The position numbers and the translations under genes are program-made. The notes under the pieces were generated by a model. That model ran no database searches. It had not been told where the DNA came from and saw only the letters and a list, made by a program, of their open reading frames with translations. 64,000 bases of DNA from Alphaproteobacteria bacterium. Lineage in GTDB: Bacteria; Pseudomonadota; Alphaproteobacteria; GCA-2731375. Shown one piece after another: positions 49,401 to 59,048 of the stretch. Where the stretch lies: the NCBI GenBank assembly GCA_965225945.1, contig CBDDBZ010000027.1:64001-128000 (forward strand), written 5' to 3'. How positions within the stretch are numbered: position 1 is the stretch's first letter; every line of letters starts with the position of its first letter.

Positions 49401-50366
49401 TTAATCCACACCATCGCGCGCCCGAGAGGCGAGCCAGAGCACGACCTCGGCGAGAGCTACCTTGTCGGCCTCGCTCGCCATGACGGTTTCGGCCACCGCC
49501 ACCCTCAGGCCACGGGCGCGAAGCCGGTCCCGGGCGCCCTGGTCCGCCCGGTCGATCACCAGCCCGTCCAGCAGGTCGCCATAGTGATCGGCGATGCCCT
49601 CGACCGAGACGGGCCGCGACAATTCCCGCATCATCTTGGCGGTCGGACCCTTGATCGCCTTGCCACCGACGATCGGCGAGACCGCGATCACCGGCGCCGG
49701 CGCCGCTATCAAGCGGGCCCGCATTCCGGGGATCGCCAGGATCGGATCGATGCTGATGTAGGGGTTCGAAGGGCAGACGACGATGGCTATGAGGCCATCG
49801 CTCTCCAAGGCCTCCACCACCGCGTCCACCGGCCGCGCCGTATCCGCGCCCTCGAAGCTGAAGCCGACGACCGTGGGCGCCGATCGCTCGGCGACGAAAT
49901 AGCGCTGAAACGCCATCGGTCCCCCCGCTGTTTCGACGATGGTGCGAAGGGAATCGTCCGTGGCGGGCGTCACGTGCGCCGCGATCCCGAGGCGGCGAGC
50001 AACGTCATGGGCAATTCTGCTCAGAGGCTCCCCGGCCGCCAGGCGCCGGGTCCGCTCCACGTGCAGCGCCAAGTCCTTGTCCCCCAGTTGGAACCAGGTC
50101 TCACCGCCGAGCTCCGCCAAGGCGGCCATGAAACTCCATGTCTCGCCGGCCCTTCCCCAGCCCTTCTCGGGATCGGCCAGGCCGGCGAGCGTGTAGGTCA
50201 ACGTGTCGAGGTCCGGACAGATGGTGAGGCCCAGATGCTCGAAATCGTCGCCCGGATTGGCGACGATCATCAGCCCCTCGGGCGCCATCGCACCGGCGAG
50301 CCCGAGCGCGAGCTTGGCGCCGCCGATCCCGCCGGAGAGGGCCAGAACCCGGACGCCATTGCTCAT
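49401..50366 (-). CDS. cofD: 2-phospho-L-lactate transferase
   Basis: LSGGIGGAKL, DDFEHLGLTICPDLDT, WFQLGDKD, PSNPYISIDPIL. Confidence 0.95.
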   Translation of the reverse strand: MSNGVRVLALSGGIGGAKLALGLAGAMAPEGLMIVANPGDDFEHLGLTICPDLDTLTYTLAGLADPEKGWGRAGETWSFMAALAELGGETWFQLGDKDLALHVERTRRLAAGEPLSRIAHDVARRLGIAAHVTPATDDSLRTIVETAGGPMAFQRYFVAERSAPTVVGFSFEGADTARPVDAVVEALESDGLIAIVVCPSNPYISIDPILAIPGMRARLIAAPAPVIAVSPIVGGKAIKGPTAKMMRELSRPVSVEGIADHYGDLLDGLVIDRADQGARDRLRARGLRVAVAETVMASEADKVALAEVVLWLASRARDGVD

Positions 50367-51127
50367 CGGAACATGTCGTGCTCGAGCGGCCGGATCAGAT
50401 CGCCCGCCCGGCCCTCGGGCGCGGGCGAGACGAGGCCGCGAACCAACACCACGGGCCGGCCCTGCGCGGCCTGCCCTTGCAGCAGCGAGGCGGCGGAGGC
50501 GACCTCGTCGGCGAGCCCGCTCTGAGTCACCAGCAGGGGCCGATCGAACAGATCGGGCGTGCCGCGCTCGTCGACCACGGCCGGCAAGCCGGCGACACCG
50601 ATCGCGACACCGACGATGCCGACGCGCCAAGCCCGCCCGACGCTGTCGGAGATCACGACCCCGACCTTGGCGCCGGTGCGCGCGCCCAATTCGTCGCGAA
50701 GCCGCGCGGCGCTGGCGTCGGGATCGAGGGGCAAGAGCAACACCAGCTCCTTGCCGCCGTCGGCGGCGATATTGGAGGCATCGATCCCGGCGTTCGCCAG
50801 CACCATGCCGAGGCGATGGCGGACGATGATCAGGCCCGGGCGGTGACGCAGGACATCGCTCGATTCCGAGAGGATCAGCTCCACCAGGCGCGGATCCTTC
50901 TCAGCCGCTTTCGCCAGCTCGATGGCGCGGGCGGTGGGTGTCACCTGGTCCAGGCGCGCGAGCCTCCCCTCCGCCTTGGAGACGATCTTCTGCGCCACCA
51001 CCACGATGTCGCCGTCCGCCAACGCGAGGCCGGCGCTTGACGTCGCCGCGACGATCAGCGCCGCCAGATCGTCGCCCGCCTCGACCAACGGGATGCCGTC
51101 GAGGGGCAACAGCTCGATCCGGTCCAT
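50363..51127 (-). CDS. cofE: F420-0:L-glutamate ligase
   Basis: QKIVSKAEG, ANAGIDASN, LPLDPDASA, SDSVGRAWR. Confidence 0.95.
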   Translation of the reverse strand: MDRIELLPLDGIPLVEAGDDLAALIVAATSSAGLALADGDIVVVAQKIVSKAEGRLARLDQVTPTARAIELAKAAEKDPRLVELILSESSDVLRHRPGLIIVRHRLGMVLANAGIDASNIAADGGKELVLLLPLDPDASAARLRDELGARTGAKVGVVISDSVGRAWRVGIVGVAIGVAGLPAVVDERGTPDLFDRPLLVTQSGLADEVASAASLLQGQAAQGRPVVLVRGLVSPAPEGRAGDLIRPLEHDMFR

Positions 51128-51145
51128 CGCCACGCCTCCCACGCC

Positions 51146-51838
51146 TCAGCCCTTGCCCGCGTCCGGATCCTTGCTCGGCGTGCCGGTGATGCGGATGCCG
51201 GCGCCCTCGATGCCATAGCGGGAATTGAGGAAGATCAGGATCGAGGTGAACGCCTCGGCCACGGCGGCGTTGTCCAAGGACCCGACATGCCAGCCTCTGA
51301 GCCCCGCGGCCTCCACCAGGCCCAGCACGGTTCGGCGCGCGTCCGCGTCGTCGCTGGCCACCAGGACGTCGCAGTCGATCTCGTGATCGGGGTCGGCGAG
51401 ATGATCGGCGGCGATGCTCTGGAAGGCGGAAACCACGCGGACGTTCTCGCCCAGCAGGTTCTGCGCCGCGCGAGCGGCGGAGCCCTCGGGCGGCAGTTGC
51501 ACCCGCATCACCCGGGGCGGCACCAGTGGCACCGTCACGTCGATCAGGATCTTGCCCTGCACCGCGTCGCGGACCGATCGAAGCGTCGGTTGCTGATGCG
51601 CGAAGGGCACCGTCAGCGCCACGATGTCGGCGGCGGCGGCGGCGGCCGGATTCTCCAGGCCCCGGAGACGGGCCGCCGGCGCCCGGTCGGAGAACCGCCG
51701 AACCGCATCGGCCGCCTTCTCCGCCGTGCGGGAGCCGATGATCACGTCGTGGCCGGCGCGGGCCCAGCGAATGGCCAGGCCCTCGCCCAGGTTGCCGGTG
51801 CCGCCGAGGACGGCCAGGATGGGCTTCGTCTCGCTCAT
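51146..51838 (-). CDS. npdG: F420-dependent NADP oxidoreductase
   Basis: LGGTGNLGEGLA, IGSR, DVTVPL, VVSAFQ, AGIRITG. Confidence 0.92.
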   Translation of the reverse strand: MSETKPILAVLGGTGNLGEGLAIRWARAGHDVIIGSRTAEKAADAVRRFSDRAPAARLRGLENPAAAAAADIVALTVPFAHQQPTLRSVRDAVQGKILIDVTVPLVPPRVMRVQLPPEGSAARAAQNLLGENVRVVSAFQSIAADHLADPDHEIDCDVLVASDDADARRTVLGLVEAAGLRGWHVGSLDNAAVAEAFTSILIFLNSRYGIEGAGIRITGTPSKDPDAGKG

Positions 51839-51865
51839 GCTCGCTCGGCTCCTCGTGCTCGGGCT

Positions 51866-52117
51866 TCAGGCCGCGTGGGCCCGGAAGGGCGTCGAAATCG
51901 GCTTCAGGGCCCGCACCAATTCGCGCTGCACGCCGATATCGGTGCCGGCGGCGAGCTCCACCCGCTCCGTCGCCAGCGCCGCGATGGGGAGCGGCAGGAA
52001 CGGGTCGTAGGCCAGCTCGTTGGTGACCACGCCGTCGTAACCCGCCGCCTCGGCGCGCTGGGCGGCCGGCCCCACGACGCGCCAGTCGCGCATCGGAAGG
52101 GTGGTGACCAGGCGCAT
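51866..52117 (-). pseudogene. LLM-class (F420-dependent) oxidoreductase, internally deleted
   Basis: AQRAEAAGYDG...DPFLPL..AALATERVEL N-terminus fused to a short tail; only 83 aa. Confidence 0.7.
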
Positions 52118-52205
52118 GGGCTATACTCCTCGGGCGAGGCGGCGATACCATCGGAAAGCCGCGCGCGGGCACGCGGGCGCGGGCGCCGGCACCATAAGGG
52201 GCAGC

Positions 52206-52496
52206 ATGGGCGAAGGTCAAAGCCAGGAAGACGTCAGGCGTCTGCTGACAGGCGCGCTCGGTGCCTGGCGGCTCGAGGGCACTGTCGAGGCTGCGGAATC
52301 GGGCCACTTTCACGTGCGACGGGGGGACATCCGGGTGACGGTCGAGCGGGGCGAGGAGCCGGGCTGGATGGTCGAGGTTGGAGGCCGCATGACCCGCCAC
52401 GCCGGCATTCCGGGTATGCTACGAACTGTCCATGCGGCCCTCGACCCGGAATACCGCCCGACCCGCTTCCGAATCGCCCCGGCGCCCCGGGGGTGA
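52206..52496 (+). CDS. Hypothetical protein
   Basis: Plausible 96-aa ORF with AAGGGG RBS; no recognised motif. Confidence 0.45.
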   Translation: MGEGQSQEDVRRLLTGALGAWRLEGTVEAAESGHFHVRRGDIRVTVERGEEPGWMVEVGGRMTRHAGIPGMLRTVHAALDPEYRPTRFRIAPAPRG

Positions 52497-52700
52497 GGCT
52501 GTCGCCATCGGCCGCCGATGCCGTCCGCCAGCCCCGCGCTTGTGAACATGGTGTCTGAAAATAATGGGACATGGCGCGAATGAGTTGGCGTCGTCATCTT
52601 CGAGAGCGCCTGCGGAGCTCCATTCGGGGTCGGCTTCGTAAAGGCAGAGAGGACAACTCTCTCTCAATTACGTCCTGCCCCCAGAATTGTTCTAGAATTA

Positions 52701-53948
52701 TCATGCCGATTCTCGGCTGGCCGACGCCCCTCGATCAACGAGTGCCTCGTACTCAGCCTGACGTCGGATGAAGCTGTCAAGGAGTGGAACGGCAAAGGAG
52801 TATCTTCCGTGCCGATTTTTGAAAACAAGGCCTCGGTCCATAAGGGCACTTAGCATTTGATTGGCATGAGGACCGCGAAATGGTCGATCTAAATATAGTC
52901 TTGAATACTTGATAATTTCCTGGACTGTAAACTCTTCGTTCGCGTTGTCGAGGCTGGCGATAACGCACAGAAGCTCCCGTTGTCGGTCAGTCGGCCGAGA
53001 CCATCGGCCAGCAAAAAAATCTTCATCCAACTTTCGTATTACGTCTTCAAAAAAAACCTCGGCTTCTTCGTTTTCAACCCAAATATCAAATATTTCCTTG
53101 CAAATGAACTGAATGAAATATGGATAGCCACCAGAGATTTTGCATACCTCTTCAATAGAAGGCTCATCGAACCCTACGGGGCAATGCGTAACTTCGAGAG
53201 GTCGCTTCACCGCTTCCCGGCAAGCGCTGGAATCCAGTCGATCCAGAAAGATAGTGTGGAACATTCTCTCCGCATAAGTGCGCGCATCCACGAGTTTTTG
53301 GAACAACATCGGCAATCCCGCGAGCACTAACATAAAGCGCACGCCTTGCTTTTGAAGCGACATGAAAACATCAAGCAAAATAGAAAGCGGGAACTGATCC
53401 TTCGCGGATTGATCGGATAAGTTTTGCGCCTCGTCATAAGCAAATATGATACCTCTCTTATTCGAATCCTTCATATTGAACCAAACGAACTTTAGAACGG
53501 ATTTTAGTTTGTCCTCAATAAGACCAGGAGTCGAATCAAATACGTACTGAAGCATGTGAAATGTCATCGTCTGAGGCAGCTCTTTTTCGGGTGCGCCAAA
53601 GCCCATCTCTTGTACGGTAATCGTAGCGTACTGTATGGTTGATGAGATTATTGCAAGATCCGTCATTAGACGGGTTGCAATGTTTGCTTCGCTAATCGTC
53701 GCGGACTCCGAAATTTCACTGCCAACCCAATACCAGCCTGCCTGTCGTGCCTCGGGCCGGAGGTCGTCCAGCAAAACAGTCTTGCCGACGCCACGCAGTC
53801 CCGTGAGAATGATATTTTCGAGTATCACGTTCTGGTTGAGTAAATTTCGAAATTCCCGACGCGCCTCGCTACGCCCCGCAAGAAACGGCGGTGGATGCCC
53901 AGCGCCCGGTCGGTATGGGTTCTCGAAACGTGCTATCGTGGAATTCAT
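52701..53948 (-). CDS. AAA_16/STAND-like P-loop ATPase with C-terminal winged helix (AT-rich, foreign)
   Basis: NPYRPGAG..PP.LAGR, GLRGVGKT, FAYDEAQ, SGGYPYFIQ. Confidence 0.85.
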   Translation of the reverse strand: MNSTIARFENPYRPGAGHPPPFLAGRSEARREFRNLLNQNVILENIILTGLRGVGKTVLLDDLRPEARQAGWYWVGSEISESATISEANIATRLMTDLAIISSTIQYATITVQEMGFGAPEKELPQTMTFHMLQYVFDSTPGLIEDKLKSVLKFVWFNMKDSNKRGIIFAYDEAQNLSDQSAKDQFPLSILLDVFMSLQKQGVRFMLVLAGLPMLFQKLVDARTYAERMFHTIFLDRLDSSACREAVKRPLEVTHCPVGFDEPSIEEVCKISGGYPYFIQFICKEIFDIWVENEEAEVFFEDVIRKLDEDFFAGRWSRPTDRQRELLCVIASLDNANEEFTVQEIIKYSRLYLDRPFRGPHANQMLSALMDRGLVFKNRHGRYSFAVPLLDSFIRRQAEYEALVDRGASASRESA

Positions 53949-53991
53949 GGTGCCTTCGCCTTGAGTGTGAATTTACCCTTCAACCACAATA

Positions 53992-55129
53992 TACTCGCCT
54001 CACCCCAGAACCCGAAAATCCTTGTGCGAGATGATTCGGAAATTGTCGGTGATGGTGTCGCGCCACGTCGTCCACTCTCGTGGCAGTCGTCGGCGGAAGA
54101 AATCGTCGATGGCTTCGGTGAAGAGGGCGAAGCTGGCGTAGAAGCTGTTGTGGGTCACCTCGCGATGCATGACGCCCCATAATCGCTCGATGGCGTTGAG
54201 GTGGGGAGCGTAGGACGGTTGGAAGATGAGCTTGATGCGGCAACCCGGTCTCTCCAGCCATTGTCGGACCAGGCGGGCGTGGTGATAGCGGGCATTGTCG
54301 GCGAAGACATAGATCCGCGACTTGCCGGGATTGGTGGCCTCCAGCATCTCGAACAGCGCGATCGTCGAGGCGGCGTTGATCCTCTCGGCCTGGACCAAGG
54401 GGCAGTGGAAGTTTTCCAGGTTGAGCGCGCCGTGGAGATTGATGCGCTGGCGCCCCGAGGTCCGGCGTAACGCCACTTTGTCGCCCTTCTTGACCCAGCC
54501 ATGGACTGGGCGGGACTGGAATTCCGGGTGCACCGCATCGGTGAAGTAGACCACCTCGTCGGCGGCCAAGCCGTTGAGCAACTTATCATAGGCCTCGATA
54601 AAGGCGGCCTGCTCGGCCTCATCGGCCTGAGCCGGCAGGCTTTTCGGGCGCTTGTATTCGAAGCCCAGGCGATGCATCACCTTGATGCAGCCCGAATGGC
54701 TGTAGATCACTCCGTAGGTCGCCTTGATATGGGCCGCCACCTCGCCGGTATCGCGGTAAAGCCGTTGGCTCAGATGGGCCGAAAGCTCCGCCTCTTGCTC
54801 CCGGCTCAGATGGCCCGACCGGCCATGCCAGTCGAACAGCGTCATTTCATCCAGGCCGCCCGCACGGTAGCGCTTCAGCCACGTCCGCACCGTGTCGTCG
54901 TCGAGGTAGAGCACCTTCGCCACCTCGACGCAGCTCAAGCCGTCATCCAAGAGCAGAACGGCGTTCGCGCGGCGCGCCACCCCGTGGGTCTCGCTCGGAT
55001 GCCCCATCACCGCCTCCAGGGCCGCGCGTTCCTCGATGCTCAGAAATCCACCGCGAATCATGACCGCGAGAAGAATCGATCCGCAGCCGGATTGCCAGAA
55101 CTTTTTCGGGTCTGCGGGGAGTCGGGGTA
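53992..55129 (-). mobile_element. IS630-family element
   Basis: Imperfect IRs TACTCGCCTCACCCCAGAACCCGAAAA / TTTTCGGGTCTGCGGGGAGTCGGGGTA, flanked by TA dinucleotides. Confidence 0.88.
54000..55061 (-). CDS. IS630-family transposase
   Basis: HTH, FTDAVHP, DNARYH, YAPHLNAIERLW. Confidence 0.95.
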   Translation of the reverse strand: MIRGGFLSIEERAALEAVMGHPSETHGVARRANAVLLLDDGLSCVEVAKVLYLDDDTVRTWLKRYRAGGLDEMTLFDWHGRSGHLSREQEAELSAHLSQRLYRDTGEVAAHIKATYGVIYSHSGCIKVMHRLGFEYKRPKSLPAQADEAEQAAFIEAYDKLLNGLAADEVVYFTDAVHPEFQSRPVHGWVKKGDKVALRRTSGRQRINLHGALNLENFHCPLVQAERINAASTIALFEMLEATNPGKSRIYVFADNARYHHARLVRQWLERPGCRIKLIFQPSYAPHLNAIERLWGVMHREVTHNSFYASFALFTEAIDDFFRRRLPREWTTWRDTITDNFRIISHKDFRVLG

Positions 55130-55357
55130 TATAAGTTAGTATTCACAATAATCAATGAATTTAGTTCATCGCCATACCAGTATGCACTTTGGACGTCTTC
55201 GCCCCTGCGCGATAGACCACCGTCCAGCCTGTCGAGCCTCGGAATCATCGAATCGATTCCCGGCCCGCGCCTGGCTCCGGAATGAAGCGACCGGAGCTCG
55301 GGGGACCCGCTTCCGCGTCCGTCCCGGCGCCGGCCGTTCCCGAGGCGTGAGCCCCAC

Positions 55358-56107
55358 TCAGAGCGACGGCCATAGGCCACCGGAGACATAGAGGAATTGC
55401 CCGGTGATGTGGCCCGCCTCGTCGGACGAGAGGAACAGCGCGGCGTTGGCGATATCGGCCGGCCGACCCAGTTTGCGCAAGGGCGTCGCCTCGATCCATT
55501 GCTCGAGCCGACCGGGCGCCTGGCGTTCCAACACCGAGGTTTGGATCAATCCCGGCATGATGGCGTTGACCCGGATCTCCGGCGCCAGCGCCAGGGCGGC
55601 GGAGCGGGTGAAGGCCGCCACCGCCGCCTTGCCGGCGGCATAGTCGGCCTGCATCGGACCGCCGGCGTAGACCACGGAGGAGATATTGACGATGCTGCCG
55701 ACCCCTTGGGCACGCATACGATCGGTGCAGAACTGGGTCAGCGCCAGCGTGCCATGCATGTTGAGCCGCATGGTGGAATCCCACCGCGCCTGGTCGATCT
55801 CGCCGAGCGGCAGCTCCAACGCCCCCTTCATGCCGCCGACGATGTTGACCAGGAGGTCGACCCGGCCAGCTCGCTCTATCGCCAGATCGTAAAGCGCTCG
55901 CGCCTCGTCCCGCTCGCAGACGTCGCCCCGCAATGCCACCACGTCGCCGCCGGCCGCACGGATCGCCTGCTCGGAGCCGGCGAGACGCCCGCCCGAAATA
56001 TCGTTGATGACGACCTTGGCACCCTCAGCGGCGAAGCGGCTCGCCACCGCCGCGCCCATCGGCCCGCCGGCCGCGGTGATGATCGCGATTTTGTCCCCAA
56101 GTCGCAT
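55358..56107 (-). CDS. SDR-family oxidoreductase
   Basis: Rossmann N-terminus, IVNISS, YAAGK, IRVNAIMPG, ITGQ. Confidence 0.92.
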   Translation of the reverse strand: MRLGDKIAIITAAGGPMGAAVASRFAAEGAKVVINDISGGRLAGSEQAIRAAGGDVVALRGDVCERDEARALYDLAIERAGRVDLLVNIVGGMKGALELPLGEIDQARWDSTMRLNMHGTLALTQFCTDRMRAQGVGSIVNISSVVYAGGPMQADYAAGKAAVAAFTRSAALALAPEIRVNAIMPGLIQTSVLERQAPGRLEQWIEATPLRKLGRPADIANAALFLSSDEAGHITGQFLYVSGGLWPSL

Positions 56108-56173
56108 GCCGCCCCCGCGCCGATCAATTTCGGCGCGAGAATAGCTGAACAGTCGGGCGAGCGGACCGCCGCC

Positions 56174-57565
56174 TTATTCGGCCGCCGCCTGGCCCTCGCG
56201 GGTTAGGGCGTCGTTGACCTCGTCGAGCGCGGTGGCCAGCTTGTCGAAGATCTCGTCGATCTCGCTCTCGGTGATGATCAGCGGCGGGCAGAGCGCCATG
56301 CGATCCCCCATCCCGCGCGTGATCAAGCCGTGCTCCTGGGCGACGTTCTGCACCCGCTCGCCGATCTTGAGGCTCGCGTCGAACGGCTCGCGCTTGGCCT
56401 TGTCGCGCATCAATTCCATCCCGCAAACGAGGCCGACGCCCCTGGCGTCACCGACCAGCGGATGTGCCCCCAGCGCGTCCATCCGCGCCAGGAAATGCGG
56501 GCTGACGCGCTTCACCTGGCCCACGATGTCGATCTCGTCGTAGATCTTCAGCGTCTCCAGCGCCACCGCCGTCGCCACCGGGTGGGCGGAATAGGTGTAG
56601 CCGTGGCCGAAGACGCCCTGCTCGCCGCTCTGGCTGGCGATCGCCTCGAAGATCTCGTCATTGATCAGCAGCGCCGAGATCGGCATGTAGGAGGCCGAGA
56701 GCGCCTTGGCGCAGGTCAGCAGATCCGGCTTCAGGTCGTAGGTCTGGCTGCCCCAGTAGTTGCCCGTCCGGCCGAAGCCGCAGATCACCTCGTCGGCGAC
56801 GAAGAGGATGTCGTATTTCTTCAACACCGCCTGGATCTTCTCGAAATAGGTCGCGGGCGGCGTCAGCGCGCCGCCACCGCCCTGCACCGGCTCGGCGAAG
56901 AAGGCGGCGCAGGTCTCCGGCCCCTCGTCGAGGATGAGCTGCTCCAGGTTCGCCGCCATGCGGGTGGCGAAGTCTTCCTCGCTCTCGCCCTCCTCGTGGA
57001 AGCGGTAGAAGTGCGGGTGGTCGGTGTGCTTGAAGCGATCGAAGGGGAGGTCGAACTTGGCATGCATGAGCGGCTGGCCCGAGAGGCTGACCGCCGCCGC
57101 CGTGGTCCCGTGATAGCCGCGCACCCGGCCGATGATCTTCTTCTTCTCCGCTTTCCCGATGGCGTTGAAATAATACCAGATGGTCTTGATCGCGGTGTCG
57201 ATCGCCTCCGAGCCCGAGCACTGGAACATCACCTTCGACATCGGCACCGGCGCGAGGCCGACCAGCTTCTCCGCCAAGTCGATGCTCGTCGGATGGCCCC
57301 GGCTATAGAAGGTGTGGCCATAGGGCAGCGTTTTCATTTGCTCGTAGGCGACGTCGGCGAGCCGGCGGTTGGAGAAGCCGAGCGAGGCGCACCAGAGTCC
57401 CGCCATGGCCTCGATGTATTTGCGGCCCGCGTCGTCCCAAACGTAGACGCCCTCTCCCTTGGTCAAGATCAGCGGTCCCTCGCTCTGATGGAGACGCATG
57501 TTGGTCTGGGGGTGGACGTGAAAGGCGATGTCCCGCGCCTGCATCGAATTCGGCATCACGTTCAT
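56174..57565 (-). CDS. Class III PLP aminotransferase (omega-transaminase)
   Basis: AGLWC, SGSEA, GYHG, AEPVQG, DEVICGFGRTG, CAKALS, HGYTYSAHP. Confidence 0.95.
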   Translation of the reverse strand: MNVMPNSMQARDIAFHVHPQTNMRLHQSEGPLILTKGEGVYVWDDAGRKYIEAMAGLWCASLGFSNRRLADVAYEQMKTLPYGHTFYSRGHPTSIDLAEKLVGLAPVPMSKVMFQCSGSEAIDTAIKTIWYYFNAIGKAEKKKIIGRVRGYHGTTAAAVSLSGQPLMHAKFDLPFDRFKHTDHPHFYRFHEEGESEEDFATRMAANLEQLILDEGPETCAAFFAEPVQGGGGALTPPATYFEKIQAVLKKYDILFVADEVICGFGRTGNYWGSQTYDLKPDLLTCAKALSASYMPISALLINDEIFEAIASQSGEQGVFGHGYTYSAHPVATAVALETLKIYDEIDIVGQVKRVSPHFLARMDALGAHPLVGDARGVGLVCGMELMRDKAKREPFDASLKIGERVQNVAQEHGLITRGMGDRMALCPPLIITESEIDEIFDKLATALDEVNDALTREGQAAAE

Positions 57566-57639
57566 GGGTCTTTCCTCCTATGGCGTGGAACCGAGTAGAG
57601 GTTCCGCCGCCGGGCCTGTCAATCGATAAGGTGCGTCCC

Positions 57640-58911
57640 CAGGGCCCTGAACTCGGGTTAACGCTCATTTACGGCTTGTTCGGATCGTGATTCCCTGAAT
57701 CGCCACTGATTCGGAGGAACCGCGATGGAACTGCAAGTATCGGAGTTTGGTGAGAAGTCCCGCCTTCGGGCGCTGCTGGATCACTTCGGGAAGATCGAGG
57801 ACCCGCGAGAGCCCTGGCGGGTAGCGCATCCGTTGCCGGAAGTGCTGTTGCTGGTGGTCTGCGGAACGGTTGCCGATTGCGACGACTACGAGGGCATCGC
57901 CGCCTGGGGGGAAGCGCATCTCGCCTTCCTGCGCCGCTTCCTACCCTATTACCACGGGGTTCCGGGTGGGCGCTGGCTGACGTTGCTGATGAACCGGATC
58001 GATCCCGGGACGTTCTCGGCCTGCTTCACCGCCTGGGTCCGCGAGACCTGGCCCGAGCGGCCCGACTTGGTCGCCATCGACGGCAAGACCTCGAGGCGCA
58101 GCCATGACCGCGGCGCCGGCAAGGCGGCGCTGCATCTGGTCTCGGCCTTCGCCACCACCGGCCGGCTGGTGCTCGGCCAGGAGGCGGTGGAGGACAAGTC
58201 GAGCGAGACCACCGCCATCCCCGTGCTGCTCCAGCGGCTCGCCGCCGACGGCGGCCTGAAGGGCGCCCTCGTCTCCATCGACGCGATCGCCTGCAACGCC
58301 ACCATCGCCACCGCCATCAGGGACGCGGGCGCCGACTACCTGCTGGCGGTCAAGGCCAACCAGCCGACGCTGAGGGCCGAGATCGAGGAACTCTTCGCCA
58401 CCGCGCGCGGCGATACCCTGGAGAGCTTCAGCGATGTCGACAAGGGCCATGGCCGCATCGAGCAGCGGACCGTGACCGTCGCCCGCGAGGTCGATCGGCT
58501 CGACGGCGAGCACCGCATCCGCGGAGAACTCCGCTCCCCCGGCGTGGCCGCGATCCTCAGCGCCCACTCGAGGGTCGAGATGCGGGACCGCTGCCGCTTC
58601 GACACCCGATACTACATCTCCTCCTCAGCCCTTCGCGCGAAGGCCGCCGCGAGGGCCGTGCGCGGCCACTGGGGCATCGAAAACCGGCTCCCCTCGTGCT
58701 CGACGTCACCTTCAAGGAAGACCAGTCCCGCCTACGAAAAGGACATGGAGCCAAAAACATGGCCGTCGTCAGACACTTCGCCATCAACCTCGTCCGCCAG
58801 AAACAGGACGAGAAAAGCCTCAAGCTGCGGCGAAAACTCGCGGGATGGGATGTCGACTACCTCGCTTCAATGCTCGGGGTCGAGCCGCGTTAACCTGGAT
58901 TCGTTGCCCTG
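57640..58911 (+). mobile_element. ISAs1-family element
   Basis: Ends CAGGGCCCTGAACTCGGGTTAACGC / GCGTTAACCTGGATTCGTTGCCCTG; no target duplication seen. Confidence 0.82.
57725..58893 (+). pseudogene. ISAs1 transposase, frameshift near 58690
   Basis: IEDPR, AIDGKT, IDAIAC, VKANQP, HGRIE, HWGIENRL; VLDVTFKED continues in another frame. Confidence 0.88.
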
Positions 58912-59048
58912 GAGCCCCAGCGGCGCGGCGAGTGGGAGCAACATGGTGTTCCTCCTCATCACTCGCGATGGCGAGGCTTATCCGGCGCCGCGCGCCAGCG
59001 TATCATCGGTAGCGATTCGGTGAACCAAAGGTGCGACGGCGGAAGACC

